Positions 46,931 through 56,163 of a stretch of DNA of 64,000 nucleotides are shown here, piece by piece. Below the pieces are notes generated by a model. It ran no database searches and had not been told where the DNA came from. It saw only the letters and a list, made by a program, of their open reading frames with translations. This DNA comes from Clostridia bacterium. Its GTDB lineage: Bacteria > Bacillota > Clostridia > Oscillospirales > Acutalibacteraceae. The stretch spans positions 750-64,749 of the forward strand of contig JAFTZU010000029.1 of NCBI GenBank assembly GCA_017461005.1, written 5' to 3'. A program made the position numbers and the translations under genes. Within the stretch, counting starts at the first letter, position 1. Each line of letters starts with the position of its first letter.

Positions 46931-46954
46931 GCGGCGAAACGAAAGGAGACCTCT

Positions 46955-47650
46955 ATGGCCGGGACAGAGAAATTCATTGCCCTTTGCAAGGAACTGGAAT
47001 CTGCGGTGAAGGCCCGCTACGGCGGGACGAGCCACGGAGAAAGCGTCTATGTGTTCCTCGCGCGCCGGGCGGAGTTCAAACCCTATGTCAAGGAACTGGA
47101 CCTCATCCGGGAAGTGCGCAATCTCATCCAGCACAAGGATGTCGAAGTGAAGGGCAAAGAGGCGATCTACGTCGATGAGGTCCTGATGGACGCGCTCCGG
47201 GAGATCATCGGGCTCGTTCAGCACCCGGAGACCGTCGGCGACATCTGTACGAGGGACCTGATGACGGCCGGCCTTTCGACGCCGGTCAAAGAGGTCATCG
47301 ACCGGATGCTCGACTCCTCGTTCTCCCATATCCCGGTCCTGGACGAACAGGGGAAACTCCTCGGCATCTTCAGCGAGAACACCATCTTTACCCGCGTGGC
47401 AAAGGAAGGGTTGGGAGCGCTGACGGAGAGCGACTGTGTCAGAGACTTCAAACCCTATCTCGATATCCGGGACCACGTGCGGGACTCCTTTGCGTTCATC
47501 GCCGAAGGGGTCGCGACGGAACAGGCGGTCGAACAGTTCAAACATCGGGACAAACAGGGGAGACGGCTTGCCATGCTGGTCGTCACCCGGCACGGAGACC
47601 CCTCCGAAAAGGTCCTCGGGGTCCTGACGCCTTATGACGTATTGGAATGA
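46955..47650 (+). CDS. CBS-pair protein with an N-terminal helical domain carrying an Rx4H (HEPN-like) motif
   Basis: 231 aa. C-terminal tandem CBS (VGDICTRDLMTAG...IPVLDEQGKLLGIFSENTIF; ...LAMLVVTRHGDPSEKVLGVLTPYDVL). N-terminal about 95 aa contain LDLIREVRNLIQH. Confidence 0.7.
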   Translation: MAGTEKFIALCKELESAVKARYGGTSHGESVYVFLARRAEFKPYVKELDLIREVRNLIQHKDVEVKGKEAIYVDEVLMDALREIIGLVQHPETVGDICTRDLMTAGLSTPVKEVIDRMLDSSFSHIPVLDEQGKLLGIFSENTIFTRVAKEGLGALTESDCVRDFKPYLDIRDHVRDSFAFIAEGVATEQAVEQFKHRDKQGRRLAMLVVTRHGDPSEKVLGVLTPYDVLE

Positions 47651-47667
47651 TTTAAAGGAGAAGGTTT

Positions 47668-48738
47668 ATGGATCAGTATCTCAACTGGGCGGTCCTCGGG
47701 ACCGGCGTCATTGCTAATGAGATGGCAACAGCCCTTCAGGAAAAGGGACAGCGCATCTATGCGGTCGGGAACCGTACCTATGAAAAAGGTGTCGCCTTTG
47801 CAAAGCGGTACGGCATCGAAAAAGTTTACCCGGACATGAACGATGTGTTCCTGGACCCTGAGGTGGACGCCGTCTACTTGACCACGCCCCACAACACTCA
47901 CTTTCGTTTTGCGAAGAAAGCGCTGGAGAGCGGCAAACATGTGTACATCGAAAAGGCCATCACTCTGAATGCGAGAGAACTGGAAGACCTCTGTGCGATT
48001 GCCGAAGAAAAGGGCCTGCTCATCGCGGAGGCGATGACGATCTGGCATATGCCGCTGTACAGGGAACTTTGGCACATCGTGGAGTCCGGGGAACTGGGCC
48101 GCGTCCAGATGATCACCATGAACTTTGGAAGCTTCAAAGAGTACGATATGACGAACCGGTTCTTCAACCTGGACCTCGCCGGCGGAGCGCTCTTAGATAT
48201 CGGGGTCTATGCGATCTCGCTGGTCCGTAGCTTCATGAGCAGCTGTCCGGACCAAGTCCTGAGCCAGTGGCAGCCTTCGCCGACCGGCTCCGATGAGATG
48301 GACACGATCCTGCTCAAAAACCCGGACGGACAGATGGCGACCATTGCACTGACCATGCATTCGAAGCAGCCGAAGCGGGCAATGATCTCCTGTGAAAAGG
48401 GGTATATCGAAATCATGGAGTATCCGAGAGGAGAGCGTGCCACCATCGTCGATGCAGAGACAGGCGGAACTCGGACAGTCGAAGCCGGGGAGACCGGGAA
48501 AGCGCTCCGGTATGAACTGGAGGACTTTGAAAAAGCAGTCCTCCTCCTGAAGGCGTCCGAACAGGTGGTCGGGGAGCGGGAAGACCCCGCACTCGGAACG
48601 GTCCTGGAAGAGGTCGGAAAGAGTGCCCTGAAAACGGCTTATGAACAGATGAAACTCCCGCTGACGAAAGACGTCATGGTCATCATGACAAAGCTTCGGA
48701 AGGACTGGGGACTCCAATACCCGAACGAACAGTGGTGA
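47668..48738 (+). CDS. Gfo/Idh/MocA-family oxidoreductase
   Basis: 356 aa. WAVLGTGVIANEM Rossmann. VYLTTPHNTHFRFAKKALESGKHVYIEKA. Confidence 0.88.
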   Translation: MDQYLNWAVLGTGVIANEMATALQEKGQRIYAVGNRTYEKGVAFAKRYGIEKVYPDMNDVFLDPEVDAVYLTTPHNTHFRFAKKALESGKHVYIEKAITLNARELEDLCAIAEEKGLLIAEAMTIWHMPLYRELWHIVESGELGRVQMITMNFGSFKEYDMTNRFFNLDLAGGALLDIGVYAISLVRSFMSSCPDQVLSQWQPSPTGSDEMDTILLKNPDGQMATIALTMHSKQPKRAMISCEKGYIEIMEYPRGERATIVDAETGGTRTVEAGETGKALRYELEDFEKAVLLLKASEQVVGEREDPALGTVLEEVGKSALKTAYEQMKLPLTKDVMVIMTKLRKDWGLQYPNEQW

Positions 48739-48757
48739 TTGGGAAAGAGGTGGGGGA

Positions 48758-49687
48758 ATGATCCTCAATACCGGGAACCGGACCGACATTCCGGCTTTTT
48801 ATTCCGAATGGTTTTATAACCGGATCGAGGCGGGCGAAGTCCTGGTCCGGAACCCATACAACCTCAACGCCGTCACCCGGTACCGGCTCGACCCGGACGT
48901 TGTTGACGTCCTGGTGTTCGGGACGAAGAACCCGGCGCCGATGCTGCCGCGCCTTCACGAACTGGACGCGTTCCGGCAGCTCTGGCACGTGACAATCACC
49001 CCGTACGGCAAAGACATCGAACCGAACGTGCCGGACAAGCACGAGGTCCTGAAGTCCTTTCAGGAACTCTCCCGCCTCGTCGGGAAGGACCATGTCGTCT
49101 GGCGCTATGACCCTGTCTTCCTCTCCGAACGCTACCCGATGGAGTACCATCTCAGAGCGTTTGAAGCGATGGCGTCGGAACTCGAAGGTTATACCGGACA
49201 GGTCGTCATCAGCTTCATCGATCTGTTCCAGAAAACAAAAAAGAACTTCCCGGAAGTGCGGGAAGTGTATGAGCCGGAACAGGATGCCCTCAGCGAGGCC
49301 TTCGTGTCGATCGCGAACGACCACGGCATGAAGGTCGTGGCCTGTCTCGAAGACGGGAGGCTCGCACGGTTCGGCGTCGACGTCTCCGGCTGTATGAATC
49401 AGAAAAAAGTGGAGGATGCGCTCGGCATCCGCCTGGCCGTGCCGGCCGGGAAAGGGCAGACCCGGGAGGGCTGTACCTGTCTTCTCGGAGGCGACATCGG
49501 CATGTACAATACCTGTACACATTTCTGCCGCTACTGCTACGCGAACTACGACCGTGCGACGGTGCTGCAGAACCGGGAACTCCATGACCCGGAGAGCTCG
49601 TTCCTCATCGGCGGGCCTCACCCGGCAGACATCGTCAAAGACGCGGACCAGCAGAGCTGGCTCGACGACCAGATCACCCTGTTTTAG
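48758..49687 (+). CDS. DUF1848-family protein (Cys-rich C-terminus)
   Basis: 309 aa. NTGNRTDIPAFYSEWFYNRI..VLVRNPYN, VFGTKNP, and C-terminal CTCLLGGDIGMYNTCTHFCRYCYAN match my recollection of DUF1848. Confidence 0.7.
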   Translation: MILNTGNRTDIPAFYSEWFYNRIEAGEVLVRNPYNLNAVTRYRLDPDVVDVLVFGTKNPAPMLPRLHELDAFRQLWHVTITPYGKDIEPNVPDKHEVLKSFQELSRLVGKDHVVWRYDPVFLSERYPMEYHLRAFEAMASELEGYTGQVVISFIDLFQKTKKNFPEVREVYEPEQDALSEAFVSIANDHGMKVVACLEDGRLARFGVDVSGCMNQKKVEDALGIRLAVPAGKGQTREGCTCLLGGDIGMYNTCTHFCRYCYANYDRATVLQNRELHDPESSFLIGGPHPADIVKDADQQSWLDDQITLF

Positions 49688-49701
49688 AAAGGAACATCCC
49701 C

Positions 49702-50589
49702 TTGAACGACTATGTGAGAAAAACCAAAGAAGACCGGCCGGTCGTCGCCATCTGCTACGACTTCGACAAGACCCTGTCCCCGGACGACATGCAGGCACAG
49801 GGGTATATCCAGTCGGTCGGCTATGAGGTCGACAAGTTCTGGGAAAAGAGCGACGTGCTCGCAAAGGCGAACGAGATGGACTCGAACCTTGCCTACATGT
49901 ATCTCATGAAAGAAGAGGCGAGAGGCACCCTCGTCTTCAACCGGAACGCCCTCGAGGAGTACGGCTCGAAAGTCAAACTCTTCCCGGGCGCAGACACCTG
50001 GTTCGAACGGATCCGGAAGTACGGAGAAGCGCACGGCGTCATCGTCGAGCACTACATCATCTCTTCCGGTCTCAAAGAGATGATCGAGGGGACGAAGGTC
50101 GCAAAAGACGGCGCCTTCGAGCAGATCTATGCCAGCTCGTTCCTCTACGACGACCACGGCGTCGCCGTCTGGCCCGCCCAGGTCGTGAATTACACGAACA
50201 AGACCCAGTTCCTGTTCCGCATCTCCAAAGGCGTCCTCGACTGGAACGACCCCGGCGTCAACGACTATTTCCCGCCGGATGAGATCCGTGTCCCGTTCCG
50301 GAACATGATCTACATCGGTGACAGCGACACGGACATCCCCTGCATGAAACTCGTCACGTCCTACGGCGGCTATGCCATCGGCGTCTACAATGCGGAGACG
50401 AACGACCGCACCAAAGTCCACCGGATGATCCGTGACAGCCGCATCCGGTATTTCGCACCCGCGGACTACACCGAGGGGCATGAACTCGACGAACTCGTGA
50501 AGTCCATCATCGACCGGACCGTCGCCAATGAGAAGCTGGAGGCGATCTACTACCGGAAAGCGAAAGAGAGCAAGGAAGGGGACTGCTGA
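49702..50589 (+). CDS. HAD-superfamily hydrolase-like protein
   Basis: 295 aa. TTG start. Motif I ICYDFDKTL and motif IV YIGDSDTDIPCM. Confidence 0.7.
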   Translation: MNDYVRKTKEDRPVVAICYDFDKTLSPDDMQAQGYIQSVGYEVDKFWEKSDVLAKANEMDSNLAYMYLMKEEARGTLVFNRNALEEYGSKVKLFPGADTWFERIRKYGEAHGVIVEHYIISSGLKEMIEGTKVAKDGAFEQIYASSFLYDDHGVAVWPAQVVNYTNKTQFLFRISKGVLDWNDPGVNDYFPPDEIRVPFRNMIYIGDSDTDIPCMKLVTSYGGYAIGVYNAETNDRTKVHRMIRDSRIRYFAPADYTEGHELDELVKSIIDRTVANEKLEAIYYRKAKESKEGDC

Positions 50590-50667
50590 GTTCCCGGTGG
50601 ACTTTTTCGGTTCCCCGTCCTATACTGAAACCGTACGAACCCCGATTCGAATCTATGGAGGCATATC

Positions 50668-51204
50668 ATGAAAAACAAGATCTTCGCCATTCTTCTGGCC
50701 CTGACGATGGTCCTGGCGCTCGCCGCCTGCCACAAAACGGAGACGGTGGAAGTCTCCACGACCGCGCCTGTCGTGACGGAAGAGGTCGAGACGACTGCGG
50801 CCGAAGAGACCACCAGTGCGGAAGCGACATCCAAGACCGTCGACAAGACCGTCATCATGAACGACGTGAACCTCGTCGGCACCTGGGACGACAAGATGAG
50901 CGAGAGAGCCACGATGGAGATCCGCGGCGGCAAGGGCAAGACCTACCAGATCCACGTCCACTGGAGCAGCACCGCGTTCGAGTCCGACAACTGGACCATG
51001 ACCGGCACGTTCAACGACACGACCGGAGAACTGACCTACAAAAACTGTAAGCGTGTGACCATCACCCTCGACGAGGCAGACGGCCCCGAAGAGGAAACGG
51101 TCCACTACACGAACGGCACCGGCAAATTCCTTTATAAGAACGGCGAACTCAGCTGGCATGCCGACAATGACGCGGACGTCAATGACTGTGTGTTTGCCCG
51201 GTAA
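50668..51204 (+). CDS. Lipoprotein, unknown function
   Basis: 178 aa. Lipobox LALAA-C. T/E-rich linker, then a beta-rich domain. RBS ggagg. Confidence 0.75.
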   Translation: MKNKIFAILLALTMVLALAACHKTETVEVSTTAPVVTEEVETTAAEETTSAEATSKTVDKTVIMNDVNLVGTWDDKMSERATMEIRGGKGKTYQIHVHWSSTAFESDNWTMTGTFNDTTGELTYKNCKRVTITLDEADGPEEETVHYTNGTGKFLYKNGELSWHADNDADVNDCVFAR

Positions 51205-51283
51205 AATTCCCTCTTGATAAATCGCCCAAAGTTAGTACAATATTCTTGTTCTTTATCAAAGCCTAATTCAGGAGGTCCTCACC

Positions 51284-52156
51284 ATGCAGGAGTACAAACC
51301 CGTCAAAGAAGGAAAAGTCCGTGAGATCTACGACCTGGGCGATGCACTGGTCCTCGTCGCGACGGACCGCATCTCCGCTTTCGACGTCATCCTCAAAAAC
51401 GAAGTCACCAAGAAGGGTACGGTCCTGACCCAGATGTCCAAATTCTGGTTCGATCTGACCAGAGACATCCTTCCGAACCATATGATCAGCGTCGACGTGA
51501 ACGACATGCCGGAGTACTTCCGTCAGCCTCAGTTCGACGGCAACAGCATGCTCTGTAAAAAGCTGACTATGCTTCCCATCGAAGCCATCGTCCGCGGTTA
51601 CATCACCGGCTCCGGCTGGAAGAGCTACTGCGAGAACGGCACTGTCTGCGGCATCAAACTGCCGGAGGGCCTCAAAGAGTCCGACAAGCTGCCGGAGGCC
51701 ATCTACACACCGTCCACCAAGGCGGAGATCGGTGACCACGATGAGAACATCTCCTATGAGCAGTCCATCGAAGTCCTCGAGAAGGAGTTCCCGGGCAAGG
51801 GCGAAGAGTACGCGAAGAAACTGCGCGACTGCACCCTCGCTCTTTACAACAAGTGCGCCGACTATGCCCGCACCAAGGGCATCATCATCGCCGACACCAA
51901 GTTCGAGTTCGGTCTCGATGAAGACGGCAACATCGTCGTCGCCGACGAGATGCTCACGCCGGACTCCAGCCGCTTCTGGCCGGTCGACGGTTATGAGCCG
52001 GGCCACGGCCAGCCGTCCTTCGACAAGCAGTTCGTCCGCGACTACCTGAAGGCGAACCCCGACTGCAACTATGATCTCCCGCAGGACGTCATCGACAAGA
52101 CCATCGCGAAATACCTCGAGGCCTACAAACTCCTCACCGGAGAAGACCTCGCGTAA
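51284..52156 (+). CDS. purC: Phosphoribosylaminoimidazole-succinocarboxamide (SAICAR) synthase
   Basis: 290 aa. EGKVREIYDLGD..LVATDRISAFD. IIADTKFEFG. Confidence 0.95.
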   Translation: MQEYKPVKEGKVREIYDLGDALVLVATDRISAFDVILKNEVTKKGTVLTQMSKFWFDLTRDILPNHMISVDVNDMPEYFRQPQFDGNSMLCKKLTMLPIEAIVRGYITGSGWKSYCENGTVCGIKLPEGLKESDKLPEAIYTPSTKAEIGDHDENISYEQSIEVLEKEFPGKGEEYAKKLRDCTLALYNKCADYARTKGIIIADTKFEFGLDEDGNIVVADEMLTPDSSRFWPVDGYEPGHGQPSFDKQFVRDYLKANPDCNYDLPQDVIDKTIAKYLEAYKLLTGEDLA

Positions 52157-52169
52157 ATCGCCCATAGAA

Positions 52170-52205
52170 AAAAAGAAGGCTGCATCTCACGATGCAGCCT
52201 TTTTC
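52170..52205. terminator. Bidirectional terminator
   Basis: aaggctgcatc / gatgcagcctt perfect 11-bp stem flanked by A7 and T5 runs. Confidence 0.85.
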
Positions 52206-52220
52206 TGTTGCAGGAATATG

Positions 52221-53135
52221 TTACCGATTCTTCTGAGCAGCGTTGATGCCGGCCATGAATTCTTCGGAGTACTTTTCAGGGGTGTCTTTGATCATGATGC
52301 CGGCAGCGACTGCTTCCGGGACCCAGACATGGGGGTCGTCAGACTGGACATAGCCGGGCAGCGGTTTGCGGGTCCAGGGGTTCTTGCCTTCCTTCTTGAA
52401 CGCTCTGTACAGCGTGATAATGTACACGATATCGAAGAGCAGGCAGGAGCCGATGAGGAGCTTCATGTAAGGCATGGTCTCCATCAGCAGGAACTTGCCG
52501 ACGGGGACATGATAAGCTTTCAGAAGTACCACGGCGCCCATGACATCCGGGGCGAGCGTGCCGAGACACTTGGAGATCGCGATGATCATCGACTGACCGT
52601 CGGTGTTGCCGCGTCTCAGGAGCATCGGGATGTACAGGGAAGAGATGAAGATGTTCTGCTGATAAGCAGCGTATGCGCCCTGATGGTCTTCGAGCTCGAT
52701 GGAGATGAACCAGACCGCCTGGAAGCTGATGAAGAGGATGAGGCAGACATACGGGATGAACATCTTTTTGCCGAATCCCGGAAGTGCGTGGTTGTATTCT
52801 TCACGGCCGTACTTGATCTTCAGGTACAGGATGACGCAGTCGAACAGGAACCAGACGGCGTCAACGCCTCTCTGGACCATGGTCTGGTCGGTGACGTGGA
52901 AGAAAGACCCTTCGGGGAAGAAGGGGTCGCCCATGAAGGCGAAGATGAATTCCCAGGACCAGTTGAGGCCGAGGACCATGAGCGGCATACCGCAGGCTTT
53001 GTCCTTGAAGCCTCTGTAGATGATGTCGATGTAAACGATGGTCCAGAAGATACCGGACACAAGGGTGAGGATCGCGTAAATGGGTTCGTCAGGAACCAGA
53101 AGCCCCGCGATCGTTACTTTTTCTAACGTAGGCAT
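52221..53135 (-). CDS. Polytopic membrane protein, unknown function
   Basis: 304 aa. About 7 TM segments and a hydrophilic C-terminal tail. RBS aaaaggag. No family recognised. Confidence 0.7.
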   Translation of the reverse strand: MPTLEKVTIAGLLVPDEPIYAILTLVSGIFWTIVYIDIIYRGFKDKACGMPLMVLGLNWSWEFIFAFMGDPFFPEGSFFHVTDQTMVQRGVDAVWFLFDCVILYLKIKYGREEYNHALPGFGKKMFIPYVCLILFISFQAVWFISIELEDHQGAYAAYQQNIFISSLYIPMLLRRGNTDGQSMIIAISKCLGTLAPDVMGAVVLLKAYHVPVGKFLLMETMPYMKLLIGSCLLFDIVYIITLYRAFKKEGKNPWTRKPLPGYVQSDDPHVWVPEAVAAGIMIKDTPEKYSEEFMAGINAAQKNR

Positions 53136-53177
53136 GTTATTTCTCCTTTTTCATTTGTTCTCAGAGGTTATTCCATG

Positions 53178-53288
53178 TTATTCGTCATCGTCGTCTTTCT
53201 CGAAGACTTTTCCGTACATGAGTGTTATTGCGATGCCCGCGAGTGCGACCACGCTGAATAACAGTAACCAGAGAATACCGCCGATCAT
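53178..53288 (-). CDS. Small 36-aa single-TM protein (not in the ORF track)
   Basis: ATG behind strong RBS aaggaggg. MIGGILWLLLFSVVALAGIAITLMYGKVFEKDDDDE. Ends 42 nt upstream of the 304-aa membrane protein gene. Confidence 0.5.
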   Translation of the reverse strand: MIGGILWLLLFSVVALAGIAITLMYGKVFEKDDDDE

Positions 53289-53448
53289 TTTCGTCCCTCC
53301 TTCTATATTTGTCTTCCTGCTACGCATAACTTGTACGCGTATAACAACATCTTCATTATAAAACCCGTTTTATCATTTTTCAATAGTTGTCCATACAAAT
53401 CGTGCTATAATGGGCTCAGGAGAAAAGAACGAAAAAGGAGGAACGGAT

Positions 53449-56073
53449 ATGAGACACACTTCCGTACATCGCCGTCGAAAGGCGCTCGCTTCGCTTCTTC
53501 TGGCGATGTGCCTCATGCTGACGACACTGGTGCCGGCTTTTGCGGCGAACGGCATCTCGAACGAGCAGATCTCCAATGCGACACGCATCGCAAGACAGAT
53601 GGAGGACGAGGGCATCGTTCTGCTCAAAAACAAGGGGGACTTCCTGCCGCTGAAGAACAAAAAAGTGAACGTCTTCGGCATCGCCTCCTGCGACCTCCTG
53701 CTGAGCGGGGGAGGCTCCGGTTCAGTCACCGCGTCCGAGTCGGTCAACTTCTATGAAGGACTGAAGCACGGCGGCATCAAGTACAACAAGGACCTCAAAG
53801 CGGTCTACGAAGACTGGAAGTCGAGCCACTCGGTCCCGGAGACGGGCAACGGCCTCATCGATATGCTTCTCGGCTATGTCCAGGGCGACGGGGTAGAGGA
53901 GCTGCCCATCGAGAACATCACGGCCGAGCAGATGGCAGACGCCAGGGAGTACTCCGACACGGCGCTCATCGTGTTCGGCAGTGCCGGCACGGAACTCTCG
54001 GACCTCTCCAAAAAGGACCTGCGGCTGAATGAGACACAGCGCGCCATGCTGGACGCGGTCACCTCGAACTTCGAGAACGTCATCGTCGTCTTCAACACCT
54101 CGAACACGATGGAGATGGACTGGGTCGAACAGTACGACAACATCCGGGCGGCACTCATGATGTGGCTTCCGGGCCAGGTCGGTGCCGAGTCTCTGGGCGA
54201 TGTACTCTCCGGTAAGGTGAACCCTTCCGGGAAACTGACGGACTCCATTGCGTGGAGCCTCAGCGACTACCCGACGAACCGCAACTTCGGCAACTATCAG
54301 TATGAAGGGACCCTCCCGAGCATCCTCGGCAAGTACTTCGTCGACTATGAAGAGGGCATCTACGTCGGCTACCGTTACTTCGAGACGTTCGCGCCGGACA
54401 AGGTCCAGTACCCCTTCGGCTACGGCCTGTCCTACACGGACTTCGACTGGAAGGTGACGGGCTTCTCCGCGAATGCTTCCAATGTGACGGTCCGGGTGAA
54501 GGTCACCAACACCGGCAAACGGGCCGGCAAGGACGTCGTCCAGGTCTACTTCTCTGCGCCTTATAAGAAGGGCGGCATCGAGAAAAGCAAGATCGAACTG
54601 GCGGCCTACGGCAAGACCGGACTGCTGCAGCCCGGGAAGAGCCAGACCCTGACGCTGACCTATAAGACTGATGATATGGCGTCCTACGACGCGGACGGGC
54701 AGCAGGCCTGGGTGCTCGACAAGGGCACCTACAAAATCAAAGTGGCCCATTCCGTCCGTGACATCGAAAAGACGTATTCCTATACCGTTCCCCAAACGAA
54801 AGTGATGCGGAACGACGACAAGACCGGCACGAGGATCCTGAACCTCTTCGACGACACCGATGAGGGCCTGACCGTCCTGTCCCGTGCGGATAAGAAGGGA
54901 ACGTTCCCGAAGAAACCCACCGACTTCTCCATGCCGGAGAGTGTCGCGAATGCGGACCAGCGGCCGACGACCTCGGCCAAAGGAGACGTGCCGAAACAGG
55001 GTGTTACCTATGAAGACGGTGTCATCCGCCTCGCCGATGTCGCGAAGGACGACTCCCTCTGGGAGCCCTTCCTCGACCAGTTCACGATCGACGAGATGAT
55101 CGACATGGTCGCAAAGAGCGGATACGGTACGATGGGCGTGAAACGCCTCGGCGTCCCGGCCACGGCGGACAACGACGGTCCGGCGGCGGTCAAGGGACCC
55201 GGCGGTCTGCTCTACACGAAGATCGGCTTCGCATACCCTGTCGAAGCATCGCTGGCCTGTACCTGGAACGACGCCCTCGCCGAGACCTTCGGCCGCTCTG
55301 TCGGCAGAGAGGCCCGGCAGGTCGGGACCCACGTCTGGTACGCGCCCGGCTGCAACCTGCGGCGCAGTCCTCTCGGCGGCCGGAACTTCGAGTACTTCTC
55401 CGAAGACCCGTACCTGTCCGGCAAGATGGCCGCGGCGGTCACCAGAGGTGCCCAGTCCCAGGACATCGTCGTGACGCTCAAGCATTTCGTCTGCAATGAA
55501 CAGGAGACGAATCGCCAGGCGAACGGCCTCTTCACCTGGGTGAACGAACAGGCACTTCGGGAACTCTACCTCGAGCCCTTCGAACTGGGCGTCAAGGAAG
55601 GGGATGCCCACGGTGTCATGTCTGCCTACAACCGGATCGGCGCCACCTGGTGCGGCGCGAGCCGGCCGCTGCTCGTCGACCTTTTACGGGACGAGTGGGG
55701 CTTCGAAGGCTACGTCGTCACCGACGCTTACACGAACTGGACCGGCAGCGGTTACCTCGACCCGGTGCTCGCGGTCTACGCCCGCAACGACGGCGTCCTG
55801 ACGAGCTTCTGGTACTTCACCCAGGAGATCCAGACGACCACCGCTCTGAAGTCCCAGTACGCCAAAGACCCGGTCGGCTTCGGCCAGGCGCTCCGCGACT
55901 GTGTCTGCGACCTCTGTGTCATGAAGATGTACACGACGGCCTTCGAGTCGACCGGCGACCTGCCGCAGGCGGATGTCCTGCTCAGTGCCTCGGATTCCAT
56001 CGACTATGAACCCTCCGCGACCAATCAGATCCTCGTGGTCCTCAGCGAACTGCTCGCGAGCCACGACGGCTGA
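53449..56073 (+). CDS. Secreted glycoside hydrolase family 3 with permuted domain order
   Basis: Start ATG 53449 behind aaggagg; the ATG at 53410 overlaps the extended -10 TGcTATAAT at 53403-53411. Signal peptide ...VPAFA/AN. GH3 C-terminal-type domain and Fn3-like domain precede the catalytic domain (KHFVCNEQE, GYVVTDA nucleophile). Confidence 0.88.
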   Translation: MRHTSVHRRRKALASLLLAMCLMLTTLVPAFAANGISNEQISNATRIARQMEDEGIVLLKNKGDFLPLKNKKVNVFGIASCDLLLSGGGSGSVTASESVNFYEGLKHGGIKYNKDLKAVYEDWKSSHSVPETGNGLIDMLLGYVQGDGVEELPIENITAEQMADAREYSDTALIVFGSAGTELSDLSKKDLRLNETQRAMLDAVTSNFENVIVVFNTSNTMEMDWVEQYDNIRAALMMWLPGQVGAESLGDVLSGKVNPSGKLTDSIAWSLSDYPTNRNFGNYQYEGTLPSILGKYFVDYEEGIYVGYRYFETFAPDKVQYPFGYGLSYTDFDWKVTGFSANASNVTVRVKVTNTGKRAGKDVVQVYFSAPYKKGGIEKSKIELAAYGKTGLLQPGKSQTLTLTYKTDDMASYDADGQQAWVLDKGTYKIKVAHSVRDIEKTYSYTVPQTKVMRNDDKTGTRILNLFDDTDEGLTVLSRADKKGTFPKKPTDFSMPESVANADQRPTTSAKGDVPKQGVTYEDGVIRLADVAKDDSLWEPFLDQFTIDEMIDMVAKSGYGTMGVKRLGVPATADNDGPAAVKGPGGLLYTKIGFAYPVEASLACTWNDALAETFGRSVGREARQVGTHVWYAPGCNLRRSPLGGRNFEYFSEDPYLSGKMAAAVTRGAQSQDIVVTLKHFVCNEQETNRQANGLFTWVNEQALRELYLEPFELGVKEGDAHGVMSAYNRIGATWCGASRPLLVDLLRDEWGFEGYVVTDAYTNWTGSGYLDPVLAVYARNDGVLTSFWYFTQEIQTTTALKSQYAKDPVGFGQALRDCVCDLCVMKMYTTAFESTGDLPQADVLLSASDSIDYEPSATNQILVVLSELLASHDG

Positions 56074-56087
56074 CTTCCCTCAAACAA

Positions 56088-56122
56088 AAAACTCCCGTCT
56101 GACGGTGTCAGGCGGGAGTTTC
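56088..56122 (+). terminator. Terminator-like hairpin after the GH3 gene
   Basis: actcccgtctga / tcaggcgggagt stem (one G-U pair) with a weak T tail. Followed by an extended -10 TGcTATAAT at 56125-56133. Confidence 0.6.
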
Positions 56123-56163
56123 TGTGCTATAATGCATTTACCAAATCGTTGAGGTGCATTCAA

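Noticed and set aside
254-52165. Recurring intergenic word TAAATCGCC(C) (at about 254, 3403 rc, 45565 rc, 51218 and 52155)
   Set aside because: It is a short 9-10-mer. In two cases it simply overlaps promoter spacer or -10 regions. Orientation and distance to genes are inconsistent. It cannot be distinguished from chance without genome-wide statistics.
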